Assembly: GCF_006345805.1 (NCBI RefSeq) | Contig: NC_042999.1 | Coordinates: forward strand, 121,892,001-121,956,000 | Source of the DNA: Octopus sinensis | Lineage: Eukaryota | Direction of reading: 5' to 3' | Length of the DNA: 64,000 nucleotides | Part shown: one piece after another, positions 12,141-24,796 of the stretch | How positions within the stretch are numbered: the stretch's first letter is position 1 | How the letters are laid out: each line of letters opens with the position of its first letter | The notes under the pieces: model-generated | Seen by the model: only the letters and a program-made list of their open reading frames with translations | What the model was told of the DNA's origin: nothing | Database searches by the model: none | Program-made: the position numbers and the translations under genes

Positions 12141-14262
12141 AACACAACTAAAATTAAATATTATTTATCTTTACTATGGAACTGAACACCCTTTTTTCTG
12201 ACAGTCAACACTAAATGTATATATGTGTGTGTGTATATGAGTGTGTGTTTGTGTCTTCCTATCATATTTACATTGTATGCATGTAAAAACATTGCCAATG
12301 TCTATGCAACGATGTCTTAGTTTACAATCTGTTGTGAAAAAAATATCCAATGATTAAGAAGCTTGTTGTTTCAAAGGCTATGGGAGATAGTGCTTTCCTT
12401 TTAAATGAGGAGTATTTGCATGAAATGCATCTGGCTATAGAAATTCTGCCTCTATAAATTTTTTATGGCTTATTTTTGGACATTAAAATGAGTGTTAAAC
12501 TGATAATGAGGAAGAGGTTGAATATAATGATAGCAGCAGGTGTGATGGCAGTGGTTGTGGTAGTGGTGATGATGATTTGTCTATGGAAACCTTCCTTGAC
12601 AACATATTAACATAAATGCATAAGCTAGCTATAGTTTATATTTAGTTTGACATTTGTGAATATGCAAAATCTGAATTTACCTATGAATTGGGTTTTACAT
12701 GTACTTTTATACAGTTTTTTTTTAATATACATAAAGTATTCTAGTTTATTCAATTAGCTTGACTGAATTCAACAACAACAACAAAAAGGAGAATGAATAT
12801 TTGGCAGCAAAATTATCTCAGTGTGCCTGATCCTACCTCAAATTCTGTTAAAACTTCATCGCGAAATTTTATGCAAATCTAAAAAAAGTTTTAATGCGAC
12901 TTTCATATATTTCAATCATCAATTTAACAGCCATGAAGCAAATATTAAAGCATTCTTCATTTGCTCCAATTCCATTTCCATGATACATTAAAAATAGTGT
13001 AAAACATTCAGTAAGCTTTTGTGTATGAAATAGTTTCCATAATATTTCTCTTGATTATAGAATGAAAATATTGAACATAGAACTTATTTCTATGCATGAC
13101 GTAAATTAAAAAAGGGAAGTTATGTTTATGGCATTTTCAGTTTATGCAAAAAACAAATAAATTTAAAATGGAAAATTAGGGAAAAGATGACTAACGATAT
13201 ATAGTGGATATAAAAATAAGTAAGACATTAAATGGTATTGGAATCATAGTGAGAAATATGCTTGCTTTAGATAAGGTTGTTGACATTTTAACTAACTTTA
13301 AAGCTGAAGGTATTCAATCAGTAAAATATTTGGGCATAAATGAGAACTTAAAATTTGAATTAAATATATTTGCATCATTCTGAAGACATATATAATATAT
13401 TTAAATAACTTCTGTGAATGTAAACAAAATTAATAATAGTTTAAACACAAACGAGACATTGGTTTTCCTTTTTCACAGTTCTTAAAATTTGTTTGTTCAT
13501 GAAATATTTACAAATATATTTTACGATTTTACAAATCAATATCTCCTACCTAGAATATGTATTTGAAATCAATATTTCACGACTAATTCATAAGTTCCAC
13601 AGTTATTGAAACATGTTCATCTATTGAAAGGTGCAAGTTCTAATCATCAAATTAATTTTACTATGTAAACGTATTAGGTTGTATAACAACAAAAGCAATT
13701 TTATTAATTCTATACATGTCACTGTTTAAACTAAAAATATTTAAAATAGTATTGTAATAACAGTCTTATAATTTTGTACTGTTTCAGTTCAAATACGTTC
13801 TGATTATAAAAAAAGTAAATGATAACATTTGGTTTTAATATTTAAGAGATGGATTGTATTTTAATACAAACCTATAGAATATATTATAGATACTGGCAGT
13901 CTTGGAGTTACAAGTTTATCATGCATTAAATGCATATCTGCTTAACTTTACCTGTGTTGAAATCATATCAGGTTTGAATGTGAGATGTTAAGGTGCAGAT
14001 ACTATTTCCCTAAAAACACTATGGATTCAACCATAGAAGAAAATACATTATAAAGTGTAATGTATCATAATGTGTTAAAAATCCTGCAATTATTTATTCA
14101 TCTTGGCACATTCCTAGTAATAGAATGTAATATGATTTATATGAATGTTTCAGAACATCTCAGAATTTTAATATTTAATTTTAATATTTAATAGCAAGGA
14201 ACTATCACTTCCAAAATTCTACATCGATATAAGCCAGTTATATTAAATATTTGAAATATTAA

Positions 14263-14373
14263 ATATATGTACTTATACATGCTTGACCACTTGCAAATTC
14301 ACATGCACATATATACATATATGTACTTATACATGCTTGACCACTTGCAAATTCACATGCACATATATACATA
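14263..14373. repeat. Exact 54-bp tandem duplication
   Basis: ATATATGTACTTATACATGCTTGACCACTTGCAAATTCACATGCACATATATAC occurs twice in tandem. Confidence 0.95.
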
Positions 14374-15094
14374 CACAGAAATATATATACATCTACTGTA
14401 TTATTACCATATATATGTATATCAAATAATTATACAGTAGACAGGGTAAGGATAAGTGGCTGAATAATTTGCAAAAATGTGTGGGAAAGTGAAAGATGTG
14501 TGGTGTTATAGCTGAGCCAACAAGGAGCAGTTCAAGGGAGAAAGAGGGAAATAATTGGTAGCACAGAAGGGTGACCAATGCAAAAATACTATCCCAATTC
14601 CCTACCCAGAAGAATTTATATATTTGTTCCTTGCCTATGAGTAGTCAAGCTGGAGCATGTTTCAGTTTTACCTCTTTCATGTAACACATATCTACTTGCC
14701 CCTGCTCTAGCATTTCAAACAGTTCCTTCTATTTTCTTTATATTGTGCCTACATTGACTGTGGCTGCTCCAAAATTAAGGCAACAAGAAGATTGTGTAGG
14801 TCATTGTGGGAAGGCTGTCAGAGTCTGAAATAAAGGTTTGTGTGAACTTTTGCCTGTAAGCAGGGGGCTCATGCACATGTACAATTTTGTTTGTATTACC
14901 ACTTAATGAATTATTATTTTCCTCAGACCCTCATGCCATCAAGGTCAAGAGACAAACAGAAAAAATAATAAGTGAAGCATAAGCTAAATACCATAAAACT
15001 TCTACTGGAATAAAGAAGAAAAAGCAGGCACATAGCTAGCAAAGTCAAAGAATACTAACAGTAATCGTTGTGTGTATATACATATAACATACAA

Positions 15095-15278
15095 ATCATC
15101 ATCATCATCAACATTTAATGTCCATTTTCCATGCTGGCATGGGTTTAATGGTTTGACCAGGGCTGGCAAGCTGGAAGGCTGCATTAAACACCAGTTTGAT
15201 TTTGCATGGTTTCTGTGGCTGGATACCCTTCCTAATGCCAAACACTTTGAGAGCATAATGGGTGCTTTTACGTGCCAC
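15095..15278 (-). mobile_element. RTE-associated short repeat (3' end with (GAT)n tail)
   Basis: Shares CCATGCTGGCATGG..GGTTTCT.TGGCTGGAT.CCCTTCCTAATGCCAA with copies at 35915, 45005 and 62095. (CAT)n at the left end. Confidence 0.8.
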
Positions 15279-15309
15279 TATATCTATGTACATATGTATG
15301 TATGTGCAT

Positions 15310-16850
15310 GTATATATATATATATATTACATCAAAGTCAACGTCAGTGTGTTCATGTGTTCGTGTGTTACTTATAAACTCGAAAACTACTGGACCAGTC
15401 CTAATGAAATTTGGAACACAAAATCCAAGCCTAGAGAGAAGGGTAATGCCATATGTTTCATACAATTTTAAGGGAGCATAAAGGGGGTGCAGAACCCCGC
15501 TGTGAAAATTCATATTCTTCAGATTTTGATGAAATTTGAACCATAGGTATTAGAAATAAATTAAAACATACACCCAAAATTTCCATTTCTTTGGGTGATT
15601 CTAAGACCCACTAATGGGGGCCTTAACTCCCAAATTTTAGTCATTTTTATAATCCAAAACAAGGTCAAAAGTATTGAATGGATCTTTATGAAATTTGGAA
15701 ATTATATTCTATGTATGAGGACAGATGTAATGCAGTATATGTTTGAAAGTGAGGGGGAATAAATGAGGCCATAACCCCCATGAAAATTCATATAATTTTG
15801 CTGTTGATGAAGTTTTAGCCATAGATATTAGAAACAAATGAAGTAATATTCCTAAAATTTCAACTTCTTAGGAGTTAGTAACACCCCTTAATATCCACAG
15901 TTTAGTCATTTTTCCTAAGCCAAGATGAATACAATTGTAGTCTTGAAAGCTGTGAGTCATCCGAGCATACAAGATGAGCGTTATTTGTAATTCAATGGTA
16001 CAACAGTGTAAGAGTTTGCTTTGAAATATACTGAGATTGTGATTTCTGCAATGTTATGCATAAATTGTCAAGTAAAGGAGAGGTTACAAAGGCCTTTCCA
16101 GATAAGTGATTGGTCATTCAAAGAGATTTATAGACTGCAAATTTATTCTGTTAAGTTACCTATCAGCATAGTGATCATTGGCAAACTCAATAGGTGACAC
16201 TTTCATTTCCCCATAGCCCTCCAGTTACACAGTTGTTAATGTTTATTTGAATTGTGTCAAGCCCCTCCAATTGCTATAGATCTGTAATGCACCTTACAGC
16301 TCTGCTGGTCACCTGTATGGTGAGGAATCATACATTGGGGAGTGGTAACGACTATGGTAGGGTAGCTGACTGCTTATTGTGATCATTCGTCTTTTGGTTT
16401 CTTCTAGTTTTGCTCTCTTTCATAAACCCAGTAAACATTCATATATTTTCGATGTCAAAGAAATTTGAACAATAGATATAAGACACAAGTTAAAAAATAT
16501 TCCCAACAATTCAACTTCGACTTTAAGACACCCTCCTCAATAGGGGCCTTAACTCCCACATTTTAGAGCTCCATGTGCTCCATTTTTCAGGAGTAAAAAC
16601 CTTTGAATAGGTTTTATAAGATTTGGATTCTGGAATCTGGGCATAAAGATGAGTAGTATGGGATAAATATGTCATGATTAGAATTTTTGTTAGGGTGTGT
16701 AAAGAGGGAAAGAACCCTCATTAAAACTTTTAATCTCCAATTTTGATGCAATTCAAATCATACGGATTCCAGTTCATTAGAGAAAATATAAAAGAAAAGT
16801 TTAATTCTTCAATTGCATGTGATACAGTGAATGCTGGGTATCTCTGCTAG
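15310..16850 (+). mobile_element. Non-autonomous Helitron-like element
   Basis: The 5' region GTGT..AAAACTACTGGACCAGTCCTAATGAAATTTGG is typical of such elements. The 3' end is GAATGCTGGGTATCTCTGCTAG followed by T. Internal diverged subrepeats are present. Confidence 0.6.
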
Positions 16851-16855
16851 TATAT

Positions 16856-16887
<32 letters not shown>

Positions 16888-17584
16888 GCACACACACAAA
16901 TGTACACACACATACATGCATACATATACACAGCATTAATATAATTACTCTATACAACATGTTGAAAATTTGAAGTATGTTGGTTATGACAGGTTTTCTT
17001 TACCTTGAAACTGAATATCTTATTGAATTGACTTTTGATTTGAATTTTAATCATAACAAATGTTTTCTGAATTCATTTTAATAATATTTTCAAGTATATT
17101 TCTTTCTATATATCTGTCACATGACAATCTCTATCCCTACTATATGTTAATAGACTCTAAATAGTTACTTTGAACGCTAATTTTCAATTCCTAAATAAAC
17201 TCTAATTCTTACAGCAAGTAAGTAATGTGCATGCTTTGGTTTCTATGTAACATTTTATTTGCTTTCTATAAAGTTATAACAGAAACTGATTTTATTTGTA
17301 AGGCGTCATAAATCTTATGGCTGCAATTATATATTTTAGATAACATTAAGACAATAGCAGTGATAAAATTTTGATTGAATATTTCTAAAACTTTGATCAG
17401 TGCTCTGTAATTTAATTGTGATAGTTTATTAAGTTTAGCTTATATATAGATGATATCTTATTCAAAATATGTATGCTTCTTATCAATAATTTGAATACTG
17501 TATTTCAGATAAAATATAGCAGAACATGATTCTATATAGCTGTACCTCAATAAAAGTTTCAAAATTGAAACCTTTTCTTAATTT

Positions 17585-17732
17585 TTGTTCAAATTCTGTC
17601 GAGGTTGACTTCACCTTTCATCCTTTTGGGGTCGATAAATTAAGTACCAGTTGATACTGGAGTCAATGTAATCGATTACTCTCCCCTTCCCCAAATTTCA
17701 CGCCTTGTGTCTATAGTAGAAAGGATTATTAT
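17585..17732 (+). mobile_element. SINE family B, 5'-truncated
   Basis: GTTCAAATTCTG B-box remnant, then CCTTTCATCCTTTTGGGGTCGATAAATTAAGTACCAG and the tail AGAAAGGATTATTAT. Confidence 0.8.
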
Positions 17733-17964
17733 CTCTAAGTGTTCTGCCAGGTCATCTTAAGCCTACAATTATTATGTGTCTCATCCAAATGTTAAGACTA
17801 GTTTTTTACTTTTTAGGTTATCCTAAGGAAAATTTGAAATATAAAAAGAAATAGTATTATTTTTAAATCACCAATAGAATCATTCAAAATTTATTTCAAT
17901 TTTCTATATAACTTGAACTCTTGGTAATTTGATTTACATTCAGAAGTTTGGTATAAACATTGTC

Positions 17965-18345
17965 CTGATGATCATCACTTTGTGTCCATTTTCTCATGTT
18001 TTCATGTGTTTTATGGGTATTCTCCAGCACAGCAGCTATCACTGCTGTGATCTCATGTCATCTCGTCAGGTTCAGCATTTCGAGATCACACTTTACCACT
18101 ACTTTTCATGTCTTCCTTGGTCATCTTCTGCTGATTCCTTTCAATTAGATTGTCTGGCACTACTTTACTGTTAGCTTTCATGCACCACATGTCCATACTA
18201 GCTCAGTCTTCTCTCTTGCACATTGCAGCTGATTCCTTTTATTTCCGATTTTTCTCTCAGTTCATTTGTGCACTGCTATTCATGCACACTGACATTGCAC
18301 TTTCAATGAAGCATGTTCACCTCATTTCTTCCCAACATTTGCTCA
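17965..18345 (-). mobile_element. RTE-clade LINE 3' fragment
   Basis: The minus strand encodes decayed RNE..ML...NV / ELREK / QERRL.*YGHV / GRHEK motifs, homologous to 44460-44760. Confidence 0.7.
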
Positions 18346-19234
18346 TCCTCTACATTAAAATCAAATCATATGCACATGTGCTTCCTGTGGTTTGTAAGAA
18401 AGTTAATTTCTTTGTATAAGTAGGATATTTGAATGAGGAAACTTAAAATGAAAACAGGGCAGAATACTTATTTCGGTTGAAATAACAATTTTGCTATAAA
18501 CTCCAACTGATAATGAACATTCTTACGAAAAGCACTGAGATTAACCAACATGAATTGCAGAAGTATTGAACAGAATGCTTAATATGATGTATAGAGTTAA
18601 AAATCATGGTAGTATTATACAGAGTTAAAGATAATAAGCAGAAAATGTACAAATAACTATAGAAATCAAAAGTTCTTAAGAGTATGAAAGACACTCTCAA
18701 TGTGTGTTTGATTGGACTAATTAAGGTATATAATTTAAATTCAATAGTTTATCTCTTTCTAAAATTAATTTCAGAGTTATAAAATGTAGCACTATTAAAG
18801 CATACTGTTTCATGCTTTAATCTTGTAATAATTCTGCTTGTCATTATGTTACTTAGCCCGTTGGTAACACTTTCATGTGATTAGAGAAAAAGAGGGAGAA
18901 AGAAAAGAAGGGTGGAGAAAAAGACGGCGAGAGAAGTGTCCATGGCATGAGGTAGGAGGAATGTAATTGTAATGCTTTTGCATATTAGTTGAAGGGAAAA
19001 AGAGTATGAGAGAGAAAAAGGAGAGAGGAAAAGGATAAAGTGAAGAGAGAGAAAGAAATAGAAGGAGAAAAGATGGAGAGAGAAACGTCCATGACATGTG
19101 TTGGAGGACGTAATATTTATTATGTTGTTAAAAAAGTAATTTGAAAGTAGTGATAGAGGAGAGTTAGGAATATAATTTTAGCAGATGGGTGATGTTCTGA
19201 TGGTGAGATTAAAGAAGGGCAGAGAGATAGATAG

Positions 19235-19265
<31 letters not shown>

Positions 19266-19394
19266 TGATGGTGGTGGTGGTGGAAGTGATGGTGGAGGTG
19301 ATGGTAGTGGTGGAGGTGGTGATAGTGAATTCATAGTGTAAAGTATTTTTTATTAAATTGAACTGTTTTATATCACCAATCACTTAATGCATGC

Positions 19395-20129
19395 ACGTCC
19401 CAACCTTGCCATTCACTTTAGAAAGAAACCAGTTTCCCATTCACCTGTCATATGCAATGACGATCAGTATATCACAAAGGCAGACATTTGATAAAGGAGA
19501 GGTTGTTCTTGCCTGAGCCTGTATTTGGCCATGGTCAGCTATATGTTGCATTCTCATGGGCTCACAAATTATCTGATGTGAGACTTAAAGTTATCAACAC
19601 TAAGAAACAAGGGAAAAGAAGTGGGAGAACTTACACAAAGAACATAGTCTGTAAAGAAGTATTGGAGTGAAAGGTGTATGGAAATTGACATGTGTATTGG
19701 CTCTGACCCATTGCATTGGTTTATAAGTTACTAACGATGTGGTTTTCATTAAATTTTTACCCACGTGAAATTGTGAGCTCTATATTTTACATATAAAATA
19801 ATTTTCTTTTACTATAAAATTTTTGTTTTCTAGATATGAAATTGTGTAAATTTTAAAATGGAAAAATAAGAATGAATATTCATTTTATGAGTGATGTGTA
19901 TTAAGTCTATAAAATTGTGCATTAAGTATATATATATATATGTATATAAAGTGCATTAAGTAATCATTGTATTCCAATTTCCTTCACTTTTCAATGAATA
20001 GCAGATGAATGACTATATTTTGATACAGACACAACACAGGCTACACTTTCAGGCTTTTTGGATAAAGTTTTCAGGAATGACCCAATAGGTTTACTATTAA
20101 TTCCATGAGATATTCACAGGTCCTACTAG
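19395..20129 (+). mobile_element. Helitron 3' fragment with PIF1-like helicase C-terminal pseudogene
   Basis: 19400-19670 translates, with a frameshift, to NQFPIHLSYAMTISISQRQTFDK / LPEPVFGHGQLYVAFS / TKNIVCKEVL. A terminal hairpin remnant and CTAG followed by T lie at 20103-20130. Confidence 0.8.
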
Positions 20130-21339
20130 TAAAACATTAATGTTTTTCTGTGTATTAATTTCTAGGTAAAAATTTTATTTCATTTCAAAAGTAAAATCTT
20201 GCTTTTGAATAATGTTCACTAAAATATCAATGAAAATCTCTCTATAATTTATAACTGTAAGCATTAAATCAAATTTTCTCTTTTGGGCAATTTATTTATT
20301 GTTATATTTAACCACAAACTATTTACTATGTTGGGAGAATGCTTTTACCTCTTCCCTATAAATGTAGCATTTTCAATGTTCTAAATTATGATATTATCAC
20401 ACATGTTATTGCATTAGCTTACTGCGCTTGATGATAATATCACACTATTCATTTGCTCTGTCAATTAGTAAATTTCTTTATTGAAATATGGTGGTGTGGA
20501 ATATATCTGACATGTGCAGCAAGCTTTACTTCCATCATTTATGCAAATTTGCAAGAAAATAAAACTGAAAATTTAAAATTTCTTGTTATAACTATGGCAA
20601 GTGAAAGTTTGTGTCCTTAATATGTCATAAGAAAATATTGCCGAAAGTATAATTTTATACTGATCCTACAGTAAAAAGGTATAGATTTATTCTGATTCTA
20701 TAGAAAACACTTTATCTATAAATAACATAATCCTTTGGTGTTCATTTCTTAATAGTCCCCAATTTCACAATACATCAATCCATTATCAGGTAGAGCTTCA
20801 ATAGAGAATATTTATTAAATGTTGTATAGGCTAACAATTAAGTATTAATGCCTGCAACTTGCTAACAGACAGTTCAAGAAAACCATTTTGAATATGAAAA
20901 GTATTTTGATTAAGTGCCAATGTAATGAGTTTTCCTCCTTTCCAGCTTTTAATTGCTTTCAAGTTGCCTTTTAAATGCATTTCTAGTGAATTTGGTAACA
21001 CATCCTATTTTCTGTTTGAACAACCTCTGCATCAGCAACAACAATATGTATTTCATCCTCATTTGGGTCAACTTTATTTATAGCAAGTCTAAATGATTTC
21101 TATTTCTGTCACAGTTGTTTCCCTTAAAGCCTTCTTCAACCATCAGTTGTACCAAATTATCCATTCTATAAAAAACAAATACCTGCCTTAAACAAACACC
21201 TGTCATTAAGCTTTTTAAAATTTCTATCCTTCTTTTGCCTCCTTTTCCCCCTCATAGTCTATCTACTTACTTGCTTTGCATTTGGTAATGAATTATGAAA
21301 TTTGTTTCTTCTACAATATTTCTGAGATAAAGGAAAAAA

Positions 21340-21840
21340 TACTGATGAATGCCTTGTATATCCTTCATAGTCTTCTCTACGTTTAATTATACAAAATGTA
21401 GTTGATGATATTTTTATCTCCATTATATAAGAATAATGTTATCCCAATGAAATTATAACATTAATTATATTGGAACTAGCATCAGCAAAGCATTTTAAAA
21501 TTGACATCAGAAGCCTCCTTGAAGTATCTGGATTCAGTGAATCCTTATAACCCAACTGTATTGAATATGATAATGATTCTTCATTAAGCACTGACTACAT
21601 AAAATATTCCAGAGATCAACTCTATTTCTTCCTTTTATTTTTGTGAATAATATTTTCCAATTTATGAATGGTGATATGTATCTAAGTTCCTATGACACAC
21701 CCTACAACTCACACTTATTTCAATGCTTTGTTACTGTCATTACTGACCTCAGTAACACTGTTAGAAATTCACTTCTGTCAAAATCTGGCAATATTTGTCA
21801 GTGCTCAATCACAAACATTATTTATGTCTTATCGTAAGTA
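21340..21840 (+). mobile_element. Possible highly decayed PLE (RT and GIY-YIG remnants)
   Basis: A VDDIFI-like motif at ~21400 and NICQCSITNIIYVLS at ~21790-21834, which resembles the first GIY-YIG motif. Confidence 0.35.
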
Positions 21841-23849
21841 TGGGAGACATATTATTAATAGATTTAATATCTATATTTTATTTCCGCTATTTATATTTTG
21901 ACACCATTTAGATTTTTTATTTGTAGTAGATCTTATAAGTATGTTTATGATATTAACTCAAAAAAACTCCAGATCTGTAATGTTTCAAAATGCATAATGA
22001 TGCTTCAATCTTGTTTCAAAATGCAAATACTAAATTGTGAATGACATTCATTGCAATGAATGATATTCATTTAGAGTATTAGATATCTCATTACATTCCT
22101 ATATTTATTCCTCAAGTAGTAAAATATCTCAGAAACTTCAACAGTAGTCATATATTCTCATTCAAAATTTACTGTGTATGTAATGCCATAGAAAATTTTC
22201 AGTTAAAAAAATTTAGACTCTTAGAACAATTGACACATAATAGTATGAATATAATATAGAAATTGGATTATATTTGAATTGAAAAGTGATTCTAATGAAC
22301 AAAAGAGAGTCAGAAATAAACATAATCTAATAATAATAGGAATAATAAAGATTTTTACTAATGAAAATATGAACATTGTAAATAAAAATAAAATACTGTT
22401 AAATTTATAATTTTGATATATTCTTACAGTTTTTTCTTCTTTTGATATTTGAATTGATTCAGGACTTTTATGGATAATCTCAATTTTTTGTAGCATAGCT
22501 TTTATTTTCTGATATAATCTGATTTAGTTATGCTACTATGAATGAATTTGAAAATATTATAAAAGTAATACTCTTAAATTATAATTAAGAAAGAAATACT
22601 GTACTCAACAAATGATAGTTGCAGATGAGGTGTTTAAAACTCATAGGGCATTATTACATTAAATAGAAAAAGATATGGTTGTAGCTGCTAGTGCAATTAG
22701 TCTAAATATAAAGAAAGTGATTTACTGATATGACTAAACTATTTTCAATGTTATACTATCATTGCCTACAAGAATAACAAAGAGTTAGAAGTTTAAAGTT
22801 GTTCCAATAAATGAAGTAAACAGCTACTTTTATCATAAGGAATTTATCACAATGGAAAAGTAGATTATATATTGTTTGCATTAAAATTGCAATTCTCTGT
22901 AGTATGTGACCTATAGACGATGAAGGTAGAGCGATAACTGAAGCTAATATATTGAAATTTAAATATGATCTGCAGAAATTACTCAGAATACATAAGCTAT
23001 AAATAACATGAGAAGTATAAGAAATGTTTATCAGTAAGTGTGAGGATTAAGTAGCTTTGAAGATACATTCAAAATAAAAGAGAGACCTAATAGCTGTTTT
23101 AAAACCTTTTCTTTTATTTTTAGATGATGTTATGATAATAATAGTAAACTGGAAATCAGGTAACTCAAAATATAAAAAAATAAAAAGATTTTATTGATTA
23201 ATAAGTAAATGCATTGGCAATTATGATATCACTAGCCTGATTATATATATAAAAGTTCTGTTACTTTGAATTATTAAGTACATGTGTATTTCTTACTAAA
23301 ATTATTATGTTAGTGTTAGCTAGAAAACGATAGTGCTTAGCAGAAGCTCTTGCTTTAAACATGGCTAACGAGTTAGCTTTGCAACTATGTGTTTTAGGAT
23401 TAATTCCCACCCTGCAATACTTTGCAAAAGTACCTCCTATCATGAATCGGCAGTCACTTGGAAGGAAAATCTGTTAGAAACTTATAGGAATTGTGCTGGA
23501 GGAACCATTATTGTTCTTGAGTAGTAAAAGTAGTTTGCCTGTTAAAAAGAAGTTTGCCAGTTGAAAAGAAGTTTGTCAGTTAAAAAGCATCTCTTGGCCA
23601 ACTGGTATTGTTGATAAAGTTCCCTTTTCTACATCACTTTGGTAAGGTCTCCAGTCTGATAACATCTCATCTTTTTTCTGCTAGTCTCAAGGACCCTGAA
23701 GCAAATTATTGGTGTTCTTTCTCTTCAATATTTATGTTTGAAATGTTCAAATAAATATATTGTTCACATTTGCTTTTTAGTTATAAGATTAGAAAGCAAA
23801 GAATGCACTCATGACTTTCATTCTTGTAAGACTGGTGATGTTGATTTAG

Positions 23850-24240
23850 TAGACATTCACCTTGAATATACCTTCAGGAAAAACATGAGTGGGAAGGTAA
23901 TTCCAGATGGGAAGAAAGGATTAGATAAAGTAGTTATAGAGTGGCCTGGTTGAGAGATGTACACACTGTATGGATGAAAAGAGATGGAGAGACGAGTGTA
24001 TCAAGAGTGATTCAGGATAAGTGACATGGTGTTAGTTATGTCCTGGACCATGTAAAGGATATGGATTAGGTAGAATGAAGAGATAGCTGATCTGTGATCT
24101 AGAGGCTGAGGTGTATTAGTGAAAGACCCCCTGCTAATTTCTAAGTGGATATTTGTAATGGACTGGGTATGGTCAAGAATGTTTTTGTATATAGCAGTAG
24201 CAGGGCCTCAAATTTGGGAGCAGTGTTCCATTGCAATATT
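23850..24240 (-). mobile_element. CR1/L2-type LINE RT C-terminal fragment
   Basis: Minus strand: MEHCSQI..ILD..Q / QPLDHR / TRLS..HPY.V / WNYLPTHVFP, the typical post-RT region of CR1/L2-group elements. Confidence 0.65.
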
Positions 24241-24759
24241 TCATGATATGCAATTAAAATACATGTACTAATTTTTCACTTTAATTCATATTTAAAAAAG
24301 TAAAAAAAACTGTACTATGAGATTAAAGAATTTTCAAATAGAATACTTTCTGAATAGTCATAAGATTATGTCATTAAATTATATTGGAAAAATCCAATTC
24401 CTTTAATTTCTCATTTCTGTTTGAGAAAATAAGTGGTAGGTTAAGTCTACTAATTCAAATAGGTCATAGTAGGATTTAAATTCACAACACAAAGAGTAAT
24501 GTGAGGTATCTGGGCTGATGTTCTTACAATTCTACAATTTCACCACTTTGGATTGAAGCTTCTTTTGATAAACCCTTAAAGGATGAAAGGCAATGTTGAC
24601 CTCAGGTTGATTTCAACTAAGAGCATAGAGACTTGGAAAAAAAATACCATGAAGGATTATGTCCATTGCTCTAAAGATTCCACTTAATTAAAAAGAAAAA
24701 AACAGGTTAGAGGATAAATAAAGAATAAATATTCTTAGGATATACTTAATCGTAATGTA

Positions 24760-24796
24760 AGTTAACAAATTACTCTTAAAGAGTAATTTGTTAACT
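24760..24796. repeat. 37-bp quasi-palindrome (perfect 18-bp arms, 1-nt centre)
   Basis: AGTTAACAAATTACTCTT-A-AAGAGTAATTTGTTAACT. Confidence 0.95.

Noticed and set aside
14590-14940. Possible mariner MITE
   Set aside because: Only one end resembles a TIR and no matching inverted end could be confirmed.
23532-23588. Three 19-bp direct repeats (and a 21-bp pair near 10942-10985) considered as CRISPR-like
   Set aside because: They are contiguous tandem units with no spacers, in eukaryotic DNA with no cas genes.
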